Assembly (NCBI GenBank): GCA_963662795.1
Contig: OY759746.1
Coordinates: 3,264,001-3,328,000 of the forward strand
From: Spirochaetia bacterium
GTDB taxonomy: Bacteria; Spirochaetota; Spirochaetia; CADAEX01
DNA length: 64,000 nt
Direction of reading: 5' to 3'
The position numbers were made by a program, and so were the translations under genes. Each line of letters opens with the position of its first letter. The first letter of the stretch is position 1. Positions 1 to 10,140 of this stretch are shown here, in pieces. The notes under the pieces were generated by a model that was not told where the DNA came from, did not search any database, and was given only the letters and a program-made list of their open reading frames with translations.

Positions 1-753
1 TACTATAGAATGAACTTTTTTAGCGTCTTTCTCACTGGAGAGGATTGTAATTTTGCTCAACTCCATGGATTTGAAAATATCTGAATTTTCTTTTGCAAAA
101 TCCATCATAGCGCTTTCAGGGTAGTTGTCAAATGATGTATATGCGATATCCACGCTTCTTTCATTTTTACCCATTTGGGAAACAAAATCATATTCATTTT
201 TACTGATTTTTATCCCCTGAAAAAAGTCTTTAAGGTAAACTTCCTTTGTAAGGCTCTCTTTAATTGATATCCTGTTTTTGTTTTTTTCAGCTCTTGAAGT
301 GTTGTTGTATTTCTCTATGCTGAATTCCCCGTTTACTGTATAGGGGCCGTATGTCGCAAGTGTCGTATCAATCTTGTTTTCAGAGACATTTACCGAATTT
401 TTGCCTGTAATCCAGAGAATCGCTGTATGGATTACTGTTCTCTCAAATGCTCCCCGCCAGACCTGATATGCCTGATACTGGATATCGGCACCGCTGTTTT
501 TATCCAGATTCTGGGCAAGCAGATCTCTCTGCTCAGAAAGATAATTTCCCGGATAAAAATCTATGTTTTTATCTCCGTATTTACCAAAAACTATTTTTGA
601 TCCATTGCCTGACATTTTGGATGCCACCGGAGCTCCGACAAATGTTACAATAATTACTACCAGTATTATAAAACTGAAAACATATAGAACCGGATGTTTT
701 TCAATTTTTTTGTCGACGATGGTTTCTGTCTCTTTCTGTTTTTTTGTGCCCAT
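1..753 (-). CDS. Membrane-anchored SurA/PpiD-like chaperone (partial, runs off the window start)
   Basis: My translation from ATG 753: MGTKKQKETETIVDKKIEKHPVLYVFSFIILVVIIVTFVGAP...IVFGKYGDKNIDFYPGNY. One N-terminal TM helix then a SurA-N-like start; AGGA RBS. Not in the ORF track. Confidence 0.6.
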   Translation of the reverse strand, partial: MGTKKQKETETIVDKKIEKHPVLYVFSFIILVVIIVTFVGAPVASKMSGNGSKIVFGKYGDKNIDFYPGNYLSEQRDLLAQNLDKNSGADIQYQAYQVWRGAFERTVIHTAILWITGKNSVNVSENKIDTTLATYGPYTVNGEFSIEKYNNTSRAEKNKNRISIKESLTKEVYLKDFFQGIKISKNEYDFVSQMGKNERSVDIAYTSFDNYPESAMMDFAKENSDIFKSMELSKITILSSEKDAKKVHSIV

Positions 754-838
754 TTTTAATCCTGTAAATAAATTTAAGAAACAATATCACGGCGGAATGA
801 AAAATGTCAATTATAGTAAAAAAGTAATATGGAACATC

Positions 839-867
839 TTGACACTAAAAAACAATATCGATATATT
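839..867 (+). promoter_or_regulatory. Sigma70-type promoter for tRNA-Asp
   Basis: TTGACA(839-844), 17 bp, TATATT(862-867). Confidence 0.75.
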
Positions 868-879
868 TGCAAAGGTAAT

Positions 880-953
880 GGGGGTGTGGCGAAGCTGGTT
901 ATCGCACCGGCCTGTCAAGCCGGGGATCGCGGGTTCAAGCCCCGTCGCTCCCG
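880..953 (+). tRNA. tRNA-Asp (GTC), CCA not encoded
   Basis: Acceptor GGGGGTG/CGCTCCC, anticodon arm CCGGC-CTGTCAA-GCCGG, T-loop GGTTCAAG, discriminator G. Confidence 0.95.
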
Positions 954-957
954 TTCA

Positions 958-989
958 TAAGTCCTTGCTCTGCAAGGACTTATTTTTTT
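958..989 (+). terminator. Intrinsic terminator after tRNA-Asp
   Basis: TAAGTCCTTGC-TCT-GCAAGGACTTA then T-tract. Confidence 0.85.
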
Positions 990-1191
990 GCCCTATACTT
1001 TGGAATAATTAAAAAATATTTACAAAATCAAAAATCAGAATTGATGCAGTTCATCTTGCTGAACTGTTTAAACAGGCATCCCGAAATATAAAATAATAAA
1101 CAAAAAAGGTAAACTGAATCATTTCTGATGCTTGTAAATATCCTGTAAATAATATATAATAAAAATAATATATAACAAATACTGGAGCACA

Positions 1192-1713
1192 ATGATGAAT
1201 TCAAATCTTAATAAGAAAAGCATCGCAGGAACAGCCTCTTTATACCGGGTAAGCATCCAGATGGTTCTTGCCTTTCTTCTTTACATGTCTTACGCCTATC
1301 TGGGGATAAGCATCTGGATTATTCTGGCATTCGGGGCTGTAACAGGTCTTATATTCGGAAAGGTATTCTGCAGGTGGCTTTGTCCGATAGGTGTAATTAT
1401 GGAGCTGTTTATGGGATTCGGCGGATCTGACAGCAAATTCAAACAGATGTATCAGTATCATAAAATCGGCTGTCCGATTGCATGGATTTCCGGTGCCCTG
1501 AACAGGTTTTCCATTTTTAAACTAAAGACAGATGCATCATCATGTATTTCCTGCGGACTTTGCGATAAATCATGTTATATCTCAAAAATTGAACCTGAAA
1601 AATACAGTCTGTACAAAAAAGGCAAAGAGCGCCCCGGTGATGCCTTTTCATGCTCCCGCTGTCTCTCCTGCGTGGCATCCTGTCCCAGGGGGAGCATTAC
1701 TTTTAAAGTTTAA
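1192..1713 (+). CDS. Small membrane 4Fe-4S binding protein (NapH/MauN-like)
   Basis: Two TM segments, FCRWLCP and GCP motifs, two CxxCxxCxxxC motifs; GGAG RBS. Confidence 0.8.
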   Translation: MMNSNLNKKSIAGTASLYRVSIQMVLAFLLYMSYAYLGISIWIILAFGAVTGLIFGKVFCRWLCPIGVIMELFMGFGGSDSKFKQMYQYHKIGCPIAWISGALNRFSIFKLKTDASSCISCGLCDKSCYISKIEPEKYSLYKKGKERPGDAFSCSRCLSCVASCPRGSITFKV

Positions 1714-2005
1714 AAAAATCAGAGTCATGATTTTAAAGATTTTCAACATCTGATAATATCCAAACCATTAGGTTTCCTGTATAAAACTTCTTCATTTCCC
1801 GTGAAGCATACTCAAACATTAATTGTGCAGCAATTCACTTAATTTTGATAATCAGATAAAATTATGATATAAATGAAAAGTAGATTAGTTATGCGGAAAA
1901 GATCTAAAACCGCCCGTAGAGGATCCCCTGGACGCCATTGATGCTTATCAAACCGTGTCAAATCCGTAGCAGACTAAGAATTAATGGCAAATCTGGAGAA
2001 TAACT

Positions 2006-3583
2006 GTGGCAAATAATCATAATACAAATAAAGAACAAGAACGTGCCGAACTGCACCGCGCTATCTGGCAGATCGCTAACGACCTGCGCGGCAGCGTGGA
2101 CGGCTGGGACTTCAAGCAGTATGTTCTGGGGATACTATTCTACCGCTTCATCAGCGAGAATCTAACCATCTACATCAATGAAGATGAGCAGCGAAGCGGC
2201 AATAAGGATTTTGATTACGCCAAACTTTCAGACAAAGAAGCGGAATTTGGACGGACCGAAACAGTCAGGGAAAAAGGGTTTTATATCTTGCCGAGCGAGC
2301 TTTTTCTCAATGTCCGCGCCAAAGCACGTTATGATGTCAACCTCAACGAAACACTGGCCGCGATATTCCGCAACATTGAAAGTTCTGCCAAGGGATTGGA
2401 CAGCGAAGATGACCTCAAAGGCTTGTTTGATGATCTCGATGTGAACGCCGGGAAACTCGGCAATACGGTAGAAAAGCGAAACCAAAAACTGGTGAAGCTT
2501 TTAGAGGCGATCGGCGACCTGAAGCTGGGTAATTATTACGACAACACGATTGACGCTTTCGGCGATGCCTATGAGTTTCTGATGACCATGTACGCTGCGA
2601 ATGCAGGCAAGTCCGGAGGTGAATTTTTTACACCGCAGGAGGTGAGTGAGCTGCTTGCCGAGATTACAACAGTCGACAAAAAAGAGGTGAACAAGGTCTA
2701 TGACCCGGCCTGCGGTTCCGGCTCTTTGCTGCTCAAATTCGTCAAAGTCCTCGGAAAAGAGAATGTCAGACAAGGTTTCTTTGGGCAGGAAATCAACCTG
2801 ACTATATATAACCTCTGCCGTATCAATATGTTTTTGCACGATATCAATTACAATCACTTTGATATTGCCCACGGCGACACACTTACCGATCCAAAACACT
2901 GGGATGATGAGCCGTTTGACGCGATAGTTTCCAATCCGCCCTATTCCATCAGGTGGGAAGGGGACAACAATCCTCTGCTGATTAACGACCCGCGTTTCTC
3001 ACCGGCGGGAGTGTTGGCGCCCAAGAGTAAGGCCGACCTTGCCTTTACCATGCACATGCTCTCCTGGCTTTCCACCAGCGGTACGGCGGCGATTGTTGAA
3101 TTCCCCGGTGTGCTCTACCGCAGCGGTGCCGAGCAGAAGATCCGCAAATATCTTGTAGATAACAATTACATCGATACCGTAATCCAGCTGCCGCCCGATC
3201 TTTTCTTCGGCACGACTATCGCCACCTGCATTATCGTGCTTAAAAAGAGCAAGAAGGACAACAAAACCCTCTTTATCGATGCCTCAGCAGAATTTGTACG
3301 CAGGGGAAACAAAAACAAGCTGAGCGATGAAAACCGCGAAAGGATACTTGAGGCGTTTATAAAACGCGAAAATATCGAGCATTTTGCCAAATTGGTCAGC
3401 AATAAAGCTATTGGAGATAACGACTACAACATCGCGGTATCAAGCTATGTGGCGCAAAAAGATACCCGCGAAGTGATCGATATTACAACACTAAACGCCG
3501 AGATATCGGGTATTGTTGCCAGGCAGAATGAACTGCGAAAAGCCATAGATGAAATCGTGGCTGATCTGGAGGGAAGCCGGTAA
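2006..3583 (+). CDS. hsdM: Type I RM methyltransferase subunit M
   Basis: [21 protein letters not shown] (motif I), NPPY (motif IV, m6A); GTG start with GGAG RBS. Confidence 0.97.
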   Translation: MANNHNTNKEQERAELHRAIWQIANDLRGSVDGWDFKQYVLGILFYRFISENLTIYINEDEQRSGNKDFDYAKLSDKEAEFGRTETVREKGFYILPSELFLNVRAKARYDVNLNETLAAIFRNIESSAKGLDSEDDLKGLFDDLDVNAGKLGNTVEKRNQKLVKLLEAIGDLKLGNYYDNTIDAFGDAYEFLMTMYAANAGKSGGEFFTPQEVSELLAEITTVDKKEVNKVYDPACGSGSLLLKFVKVLGKENVRQGFFGQEINLTIYNLCRINMFLHDINYNHFDIAHGDTLTDPKHWDDEPFDAIVSNPPYSIRWEGDNNPLLINDPRFSPAGVLAPKSKADLAFTMHMLSWLSTSGTAAIVEFPGVLYRSGAEQKIRKYLVDNNYIDTVIQLPPDLFFGTTIATCIIVLKKSKKDNKTLFIDASAEFVRRGNKNKLSDENRERILEAFIKRENIEHFAKLVSNKAIGDNDYNIAVSSYVAQKDTREVIDITTLNAEISGIVARQNELRKAIDEIVADLEGSR

Positions 3584-4644
3584 TGAAAAAAGCTGACAAA
3601 CCATCGAATGACGAGATCATACGTTCCTCCGCGGCTGAATACATCACCTTTATTTCGGCAGCAGGCGAGGGCCGGCAGAGCATTGAACTGAGGTACGAGG
3701 ATGATAATATCTGGATGACGCAAAAAATGATGGCCGAAATGTACGGAGTTTCGGTCCCGGCTATTCGCCAGCATTTGAATACATTGATCAAGGATAGCGA
3801 ACTGGAGGAGGCAACTATTAAGCAATACTTAATAGTTCAAAAAGAAGGCGATCGTGAAGTACAAAGAAAGGTGGACCATTATAATCTACAGGCGGCTATT
3901 TCTGTCGGATTTAAAATAGAGAACGAGCGGGCCGTTCAATTCAGAAAATGGGCCAGGGAAATTGTCAAAGAATATACCATCAAGGGTTTTGCGATGGATG
4001 ATGAGCGCCTTAAACAAGGCGGTAGTGTCCTGACAAACCAGTTTTTTGACGAATTATTAGAACGAATTCGGGAGATCCGTCTTTCGGAAAGAAAGTTTTA
4101 CCAGAAAATTACGGATATTTACGCGACAGCCCTTGATTATGACAGCACCGCTAAAACTACGCAAAGATTTTTTGCCATGGTGCAGAATAAACTGCACTGG
4201 GCGATTCATGGGCAGACAGCCGCTGAGGTAATTGTGGCACGGGCAAATGCGGACAAGTACCACATGGGACTAAGCACCTGGAAAGACGCGCCAAAGGGAA
4301 AAATCCAGAAGTTTGATGTATCGATTGCCAAGAACTATCTGTCGGAAACCGAACTGGCAAGCCTTGAGCGGATTGTTTCGGCGTATCTGGATATTGCCGA
4401 AGATATGGCAATGCGGCACATCCCCATGACAATGAATGACTGGGAAGTGCGGCTGGACAGATTCATTGCCATGACCGACCGCGATGTGCTTAAGGATGCC
4501 GGAAAAGTAACACACGAACTTGCCAAAGAATTTGCTGAAACAGAATTTGAAAAATACCGCATCACCCAGGACCGTCTGTTTGAAAGCGATTTTGACCGGC
4601 TTGTGAACCAGTTCCTGGAAGATAAAAAACAGGATCGGAAATGA
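3583..4644 (+). CDS. RhuM-family protein embedded in the hsd operon
   Basis: IWMTQKMMAEMY, YNLQAAISVGFK, FRKWA, DDERLK, IREIRLSERKFYQK, VQNKLHWAIHGQTAAE, AKNYL. Confidence 0.9.
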   Translation: MKKADKPSNDEIIRSSAAEYITFISAAGEGRQSIELRYEDDNIWMTQKMMAEMYGVSVPAIRQHLNTLIKDSELEEATIKQYLIVQKEGDREVQRKVDHYNLQAAISVGFKIENERAVQFRKWAREIVKEYTIKGFAMDDERLKQGGSVLTNQFFDELLERIREIRLSERKFYQKITDIYATALDYDSTAKTTQRFFAMVQNKLHWAIHGQTAAEVIVARANADKYHMGLSTWKDAPKGKIQKFDVSIAKNYLSETELASLERIVSAYLDIAEDMAMRHIPMTMNDWEVRLDRFIAMTDRDVLKDAGKVTHELAKEFAETEFEKYRITQDRLFESDFDRLVNQFLEDKKQDRK

Positions 4645-5882
4645 CTAAACATTTGAATAGAATCGATAAACTGATCGCCGAGCTCTGCCCTGAAGGGGTG
4701 GAGATTAAAATAATACAAGATGTTTGTAAAAATGTTACTTCTGGTGGTACTCCTTCTACTGCACAACCAGAATATTATGGTGGTAATATTCCTTGGTTAA
4801 GAACTCAGGAAGTTGATTGGTTGAATATTTATGACACTGAAATAAGAATTACAAAAGAAGGCTTGAAAAATTCTTCTGCAAAAATGATTCCTGAAAATTC
4901 TGTAATTGTAGCTATGTACGGTGCAACAGCTGCAAAAGTAGCAATAAATAAAATTTCATTATGTACAAATCAGGCATGTTGTAATTTAGAGATTGACGAG
5001 AAACAAGCAGATTATAGATATGTCTTTTATTGGCTTTGTAATGAATACAGAACTCTAAAAGCATTAGGAGAAGGATCTCAATCAAACATCAATGGACAAA
5101 AAATCAAAAACTTCCGTATCCTCATCCCGCCCCTTGCCATCCAGCAAGAGATCGTAAAAATTCTGGATACCTTTACTGAACTGGAGGCTGAACTGGAGGC
5201 TGAACTGGAGGCGCGGAAAAAGCAGTATGAGTATTATCGGGATGAGCTGTTGACCTTTGGGGAGGATGTGGAGTGTAAGACGCTGGGGGAGGTTGGAGAG
5301 TTTATCAGGGGTAGAAGATTTGTTAAAGACGATATTGTCTCAGAAGGTGTTCCTTGTATTCATTACGGTGAAATGTACACTCATTATCAAATCTGGGCAA
5401 AAAAATCCAAGTCTTATTTAGAGCCAGCTTTAGCTGCAAAACTTAGAGTTGCTCACCCTGGGGATGTTGTTATAGTTGCAGCAGGCGAAACCATTGAAGA
5501 TATCGGAAATGGAGTAGCTTGGCTGGGCGAGTCAGATGTCGTTATTCACGATGCGTGTTTTGCATTTAATCATTATTTGAACCCCAAATATGTATCCTAT
5601 TATTTGCGAACGAATCTTTTCCGGTCTCAAATTAAAAGATATATATCTTCCGGTAAAATCTCGTCGATCAATTCTGCTGGTTTAAGTAAGGCAAAAATCC
5701 CCATCCCACCCCTCGCTGAACAAGAACGCATCGTCGCCATACTCGATAAATTTGACGCTCTGGTGAATGATATATCAATTGGTTTGCCGGCAGAACTTAA
5801 TGCCCGGCGCAAACAATACGAATATTACAGGTACAAACTGCTAACGTTTGAGCCATTGGAAAAAGAATATGTCAAACAATAG
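4641..5882 (+). CDS. hsdS: Type I RM specificity subunit S (Type IC-like)
   Basis: LCPEGVE N-terminus, two TRDs each followed by IPPLxxQxxIVxILDxF, ELEA spacer repeats, RKKQYEYYR. Confidence 0.95.
   Translation: MTKHLNRIDKLIAELCPEGVEIKIIQDVCKNVTSGGTPSTAQPEYYGGNIPWLRTQEVDWLNIYDTEIRITKEGLKNSSAKMIPENSVIVAMYGATAAKVAINKISLCTNQACCNLEIDEKQADYRYVFYWLCNEYRTLKALGEGSQSNINGQKIKNFRILIPPLAIQQEIVKILDTFTELEAELEAELEARKKQYEYYRDELLTFGEDVECKTLGEVGEFIRGRRFVKDDIVSEGVPCIHYGEMYTHYQIWAKKSKSYLEPALAAKLRVAHPGDVVIVAAGETIEDIGNGVAWLGESDVVIHDACFAFNHYLNPKYVSYYLRTNLFRSQIKRYISSGKISSINSAGLSKAKIPIPPLAEQERIVAILDKFDALVNDISIGLPAELNARRKQYEYYRYKLLTFEPLEKEYVKQ
5176..5211 (+). repeat. Three perfect 12-bp tandem repeats in the hsdS spacer
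   Basis: CTGAACTGGAGG x3, encoding ELEA ELEA ELEA. Confidence 0.95.
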
Positions 5883-8800
5883 CCGTTATAATCTTGTGGC
5901 GGAAAATCCGCAAAGCACGGTGGTGGCGGAATACACAGCTGAGTACCGTGTCGCCAAGTCGTACCAGAGCGAGGCGGACCTTGAGCGCGCCTTTATTGAA
6001 CAGTTAAAGTCGCAGGCTTATGAGTTTCTGTCCATTACTTGCGAATCTGATCTGGTGCTCAATCTGCGAGGGCAGTTGGAAAATCTTAACAGCTTAACTT
6101 TTTCCGATGCCGAATGGGAAAGGTTTTTTACCGGTGAAATCGCAAATCCAAACCAGAGCATTGCCGAGAAAACAGTTACCATTCAGGAAGATTACATCAA
6201 GAATCTCAAAAAGGATGACGGGACTGTCAAAAACGTCTACCTCCTCCGTAAAGACAAGATCCACGAAAACAGTTTGCAGGTGATCAACCAATACGCTACC
6301 GAAAAGGGCCAGCGGAAAAATCGCTACGATGTAACGGTGCTGGTCAATGGCTTGCCGCTTGTGCATATTGAACTTAAACGGCGGGGAGTAGCAATCCAGG
6401 AAGCATTTAACCAGATCAACCGTTACCAGAGAGAAAGCTTCTGGTCAGGCTCAGGTCTTTTTGAGTATGTGCAGATTTTTGTCATCTCCAACGGCACCCA
6501 CACCAAATACTACAGCAACACAACGCGATCGGAACATATCAGGGAATCGGCTGAAGGGGTTGTCAAAAAAGGGAAACGCACCAGCAACAGCTTTGAGTTT
6601 ACAAGCTGGTGGGCGGACGCTACAAATAGACCCATTACAGACCTTGTTGATTTTTCCAAAACCTTTTTTGCCAAACATGCGCTGCTCAACATTCTCACCC
6701 GCTACTGCGTGTTTACCACCGAAAAACAGCTTTTGGCGATGCGCCCATATCAGATCGTGGCGACTGAGAAAATCTTAAGCAAAATAGAGATCAGCACAAA
6801 CTATAAAAAACTCGGCACCATTGATGCGGGCGGTTATATCTGGCACACCACAGGTTCGGGTAAAACCCTTACCAGTTTCAAGACAGCCCAACTGGCAAGC
6901 AGATTGCCCTATGTTGACAAGGTACTGTTTGTGGTTGACCGCAAAGACCTTGATTATCAGACTATGCGAGAATACGACAAGTTCGAGAAAGGGGCGGCCG
7001 ATAGCAACACCAGTACGGCCATATTAAAACGCCAACTTGAGGACACAGGCACGCGCATAATTATCACCACGATTCAAAAGCTTGACCGGTTCATAGGATG
7101 TAATAAAAAGCATACTATTTTTGATGGCCATATTGTACTCATCTTTGATGAATGTCACCGCTCGCAGTTTGGAGAAATGCACGCCGCCATTACCAGGGCG
7201 TTTAAAAACTACCATCTCTTCGGCTTTACCGGCACGCCGATCTTTGCCGTGAACTCTTCCTCCGGAGGTAGGCCTGATTTCAAGACCACCGCCCAGGCGT
7301 TTGGTGATAAATTGCACACCTATACCATTGTGGACGCCATTGCCGATAAAAATGTGCTGCCGTTTAAGGTTGATTATATCTCTACCGTGCGTGAAGCAGA
7401 AAACATTGAAGATAAAAAAGTCCGCGATATTGACCGCGAAGCAGTGCTTGCAGCACCTGAGCGGTTGGCGAATATTGTGCGGTATATTATTGATCATTTT
7501 AATCAGAAAACAAAACGGAACAACAGGTTTTTCACCCATGGTGTTACCAGAAATATCAATGAGATTGTAGCGGCAAAGGACAGGGCAAAGATTGCCAGGA
7601 TCATGGAGAAAATCAGATTGTCCGGCTTTAACTCCATCTTTGCCGTTTCGTCCATTGATGCTGCAAAAAAATACTACGCTGAATTCCAAAAACAGCTTAC
7701 AGACGCCCCGAGCGATAAAAAACTCAAAATAGCACTTATTTACAGCTTTGGTGTAAACGAGGAAAAAATCGACGGTATAATAGACGAGAACTCAGAAGAT
7801 ACTGGTGGATTGGATAAAAGCTCAAGGGACTTCCTTGAGAACGCCATCAAAGACTACAATGCCATGTTCGGGACTTCCTATGACACCTCTTCCGATAAAT
7901 TCCAGAATTACTATAAAGATGTCAGCGAACGTGTAAAAAACCGTGAAGTGGATATTCTGCTTGTGGTGAATATGTTTTTGACAGGCTTTGACGCGACGAC
8001 GCTCAACACATTGTGGGTAGATAAAAACCTGCGCCTACATGGTTTGCTGCAAGCGTTTTCGCGCACCAACCGCATCCTGAATACCATCAAAACGTTCGGC
8101 AACATTGTTTGCTTCCGCAATCTGGAAAAATCGACCAATGAATCCATTGCCCTATTTGGCGATAAAGAAGCCGGTGGACTTGTACTGTTAAAATCGTATG
8201 ATGATTACTATAACGGGTATAAAAACGGCGACAAGGAAGTCCGTGGATATACCAGTCTGGTTGAAGAACTTTTAGTAAGATTCCCGGTCGGCGAGCAGAT
8301 TATCGGTGAACAAAACCAAAAGGATTTCATCAGTCTCTATGGCGCAATCTTGCGGGTGAGAAATATCCTGACAACTTTTGATGAATTCAGCGGTAATGAG
8401 ATTTTAACCGAGCGGGACATTCAGGATTATCACAGCACCTACATTGATCTTTATAACGAGTTCCGCAAGAAAGATGAAGGCGAGAAAGAAAACATCAACG
8501 ATGATCTCGTGTTTGAAATGGAGCTCATTAAACAGATCGAGATCAATATTGATTATATTTTAGGACTTGTTAAAAAATACCACGAAGACCATATCAAAAA
8601 TCGTGAACTGCTTGTTGACATCAACAAGGCCATCGACTCAAGCGTTGAACTGCGCAATAAAAAAGAGCTCATCAACCAGTTTATCGCATCACTTGATATC
8701 CATTCGGTTGTGGATGAAGACTGGCAGAAGTATGTGGAGAAGAAAAAGATTGAAGAGCTGGAAGAGATTATAAGGTACGAAGATCTTGATCACGACGAAA

Positions 8801-8991
8801 CCTATAAATTTGTGCGCAATGCGTTTCGTAACGGTATTTTAGCAACTACTGGTACTAATCTCTCCAAAGTTATGCCGCCCGTATCACGCTTTTCTCATGG
8901 AGGAGAGCGTACCAAAAAACGTGAGAGCGTTTTGGAGAAATTAACACTATTCTTTGAGCGTTTTTTTGATATATCCAACGGAACTATTTAA
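5869..8991 (+). CDS. hsdR: Type I RM restriction subunit R (EcoR124-like)
   Basis: RYDVTVLVNGLPLVHIELK nuclease motif, QINRY, WHTTGSGKT, DECHRS, FTGTP, QAFSRTNR; ATG 5869 preferred. Confidence 0.97.
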   Translation: MSNNSRYNLVAENPQSTVVAEYTAEYRVAKSYQSEADLERAFIEQLKSQAYEFLSITCESDLVLNLRGQLENLNSLTFSDAEWERFFTGEIANPNQSIAEKTVTIQEDYIKNLKKDDGTVKNVYLLRKDKIHENSLQVINQYATEKGQRKNRYDVTVLVNGLPLVHIELKRRGVAIQEAFNQINRYQRESFWSGSGLFEYVQIFVISNGTHTKYYSNTTRSEHIRESAEGVVKKGKRTSNSFEFTSWWADATNRPITDLVDFSKTFFAKHALLNILTRYCVFTTEKQLLAMRPYQIVATEKILSKIEISTNYKKLGTIDAGGYIWHTTGSGKTLTSFKTAQLASRLPYVDKVLFVVDRKDLDYQTMREYDKFEKGAADSNTSTAILKRQLEDTGTRIIITTIQKLDRFIGCNKKHTIFDGHIVLIFDECHRSQFGEMHAAITRAFKNYHLFGFTGTPIFAVNSSSGGRPDFKTTAQAFGDKLHTYTIVDAIADKNVLPFKVDYISTVREAENIEDKKVRDIDREAVLAAPERLANIVRYIIDHFNQKTKRNNRFFTHGVTRNINEIVAAKDRAKIARIMEKIRLSGFNSIFAVSSIDAAKKYYAEFQKQLTDAPSDKKLKIALIYSFGVNEEKIDGIIDENSEDTGGLDKSSRDFLENAIKDYNAMFGTSYDTSSDKFQNYYKDVSERVKNREVDILLVVNMFLTGFDATTLNTLWVDKNLRLHGLLQAFSRTNRILNTIKTFGNIVCFRNLEKSTNESIALFGDKEAGGLVLLKSYDDYYNGYKNGDKEVRGYTSLVEELLVRFPVGEQIIGEQNQKDFISLYGAILRVRNILTTFDEFSGNEILTERDIQDYHSTYIDLYNEFRKKDEGEKENINDDLVFEMELIKQIEINIDYILGLVKKYHEDHIKNRELLVDINKAIDSSVELRNKKELINQFIASLDIHSVVDEDWQKYVEKKKIEELEEIIRYEDLDHDETYKFVRNAFRNGILATTGTNLSKVMPPVSRFSHGGERTKKRESVLEKLTLFFERFFDISNGTI

Positions 8992-9025
8992 GGATGACAG
9001 AGGTAAGTATTGCGCTTAGTGACAT

Positions 9026-9045
9026 ACAGAGATTGATCATCTCTG
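9026..9045. terminator. Short hairpin between convergent hsdR and nuclease genes
   Basis: CAGAGAT-TGATC-ATCTCTG; no clear U-tract. Confidence 0.35.
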
Positions 9046-9086
9046 AGTCGGTGACGTATCTTTCTCTACTTAAAAATCTCAATTCG

Positions 9087-10091
9087 CTAAGTTGAGCTGC
9101 ATTGACGTGCCATAGAGACTAAACGTTTTGTGAATTCCTCAAATGAAACACATCGGTTCTTTGGTATCATTGCAGCGATCCAATCTTTTCCACGCCCTTT
9201 TTTGTTTCCGCCATCCTTCATAAGAGGAGTAGGCAAAATAACAGGATCATCAAGAAAAAAATAAGTAAAAATTGAATCTTCTGAATCTAATTTTACACCA
9301 GATAGCCATTTGTCTATTAAATGTTGTTTCTCTCCTGCAAAAGTAGATAAATCATCTTTGAATGCAATTATTTCATGAGGTTTCGCGGAGATTATTCCAA
9401 CAATCTTTGATAGATAAGTAATCCCCTCTTTCTCACCAGAATTACGAGTGAAGTAAGGAGCAAAATAGAGAGGACTTCCAAAAATTTTGTCTCGTCTATA
9501 CAAGTTTGATTTTTTAAATTTTTTTAATTCGATACTGTTGCCCACATCTTGAATTAATATCTCTTTCTGATTTCTCAAATTGTACCCCCTGCGAAGATAA
9601 TTCTGAAACTCATTCATCAAAGAGTCTTCTTCAAATAATTTATCCTCAATTAAACTATCAACATCATTCCACCCGATATTTACAATTTCTATTTGCTCAT
9701 TCATTTTCAGCTTATAATCATTTGTTTGAGTTAATATACATAATATCTTGTTTGGAACATCTGAGAACGCATCTAAATATTGTTCTCGTTGTTTTTCTAT
9801 TTTATTACTTTTCACTTTACATTCAATTATTACATGGAAATAATTTTTCGATAATATCTCAATATCCGTTCTACCTTGTTCCCTTTTTTTTTCGATTTGT
9901 ATTGAAATATTTCTAAATCGATTCGGAGTATTCTTTATTGTTAGACCTATAAATCTGAGAAACGTGAATAGAAATTCTGGTCTTTTTGATAAAATATATG
10001 CAAAAGCTTTTGATAAACCTGTTTCATCATAACCAAGTAGATAAAATTGATTGATGGAGTAATTCTCAATTCCTTCTGGCTTTATTATCAT
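9087..10091 (-). CDS. PD-(D/E)XK-superfamily nuclease with an uncharacterised C-terminal domain
   Basis: ETGLSKAFAYIL helix, IEK...GRTDIEI...IIECKVKS, IGWNDV; GGAG RBS. Confidence 0.75.
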   Translation of the reverse strand: MIIKPEGIENYSINQFYLLGYDETGLSKAFAYILSKRPEFLFTFLRFIGLTIKNTPNRFRNISIQIEKKREQGRTDIEILSKNYFHVIIECKVKSNKIEKQREQYLDAFSDVPNKILCILTQTNDYKLKMNEQIEIVNIGWNDVDSLIEDKLFEEDSLMNEFQNYLRRGYNLRNQKEILIQDVGNSIELKKFKKSNLYRRDKIFGSPLYFAPYFTRNSGEKEGITYLSKIVGIISAKPHEIIAFKDDLSTFAGEKQHLIDKWLSGVKLDSEDSIFTYFFLDDPVILPTPLMKDGGNKKGRGKDWIAAMIPKNRCVSFEEFTKRLVSMARQCSST

Positions 10092-10140
10092 CTTTTAGCT
10101 CCCTTTGTGCATATAACATCTATAGTTAATAGTTTTACAT

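Noticed and set aside
447-1012. ORFs 447..653 and 563..1012
   Set aside because: Antisense to the SurA/PpiD-like gene or overlapping tRNA-Asp; shadow ORFs
1880-2005. Possible structured RNA or leader peptide upstream of hsdM
   Set aside because: No convincing stems or recognisable riboswitch motif
9000-10118. Nuclease gene as an integron cassette (GTTATAT upstream, GCTCAAC at the 3' end on the minus strand)
   Set aside because: The two core-like sites are poorly complementary, I see no attC-like palindrome and there is no integrase; IntegronFinder would settle it
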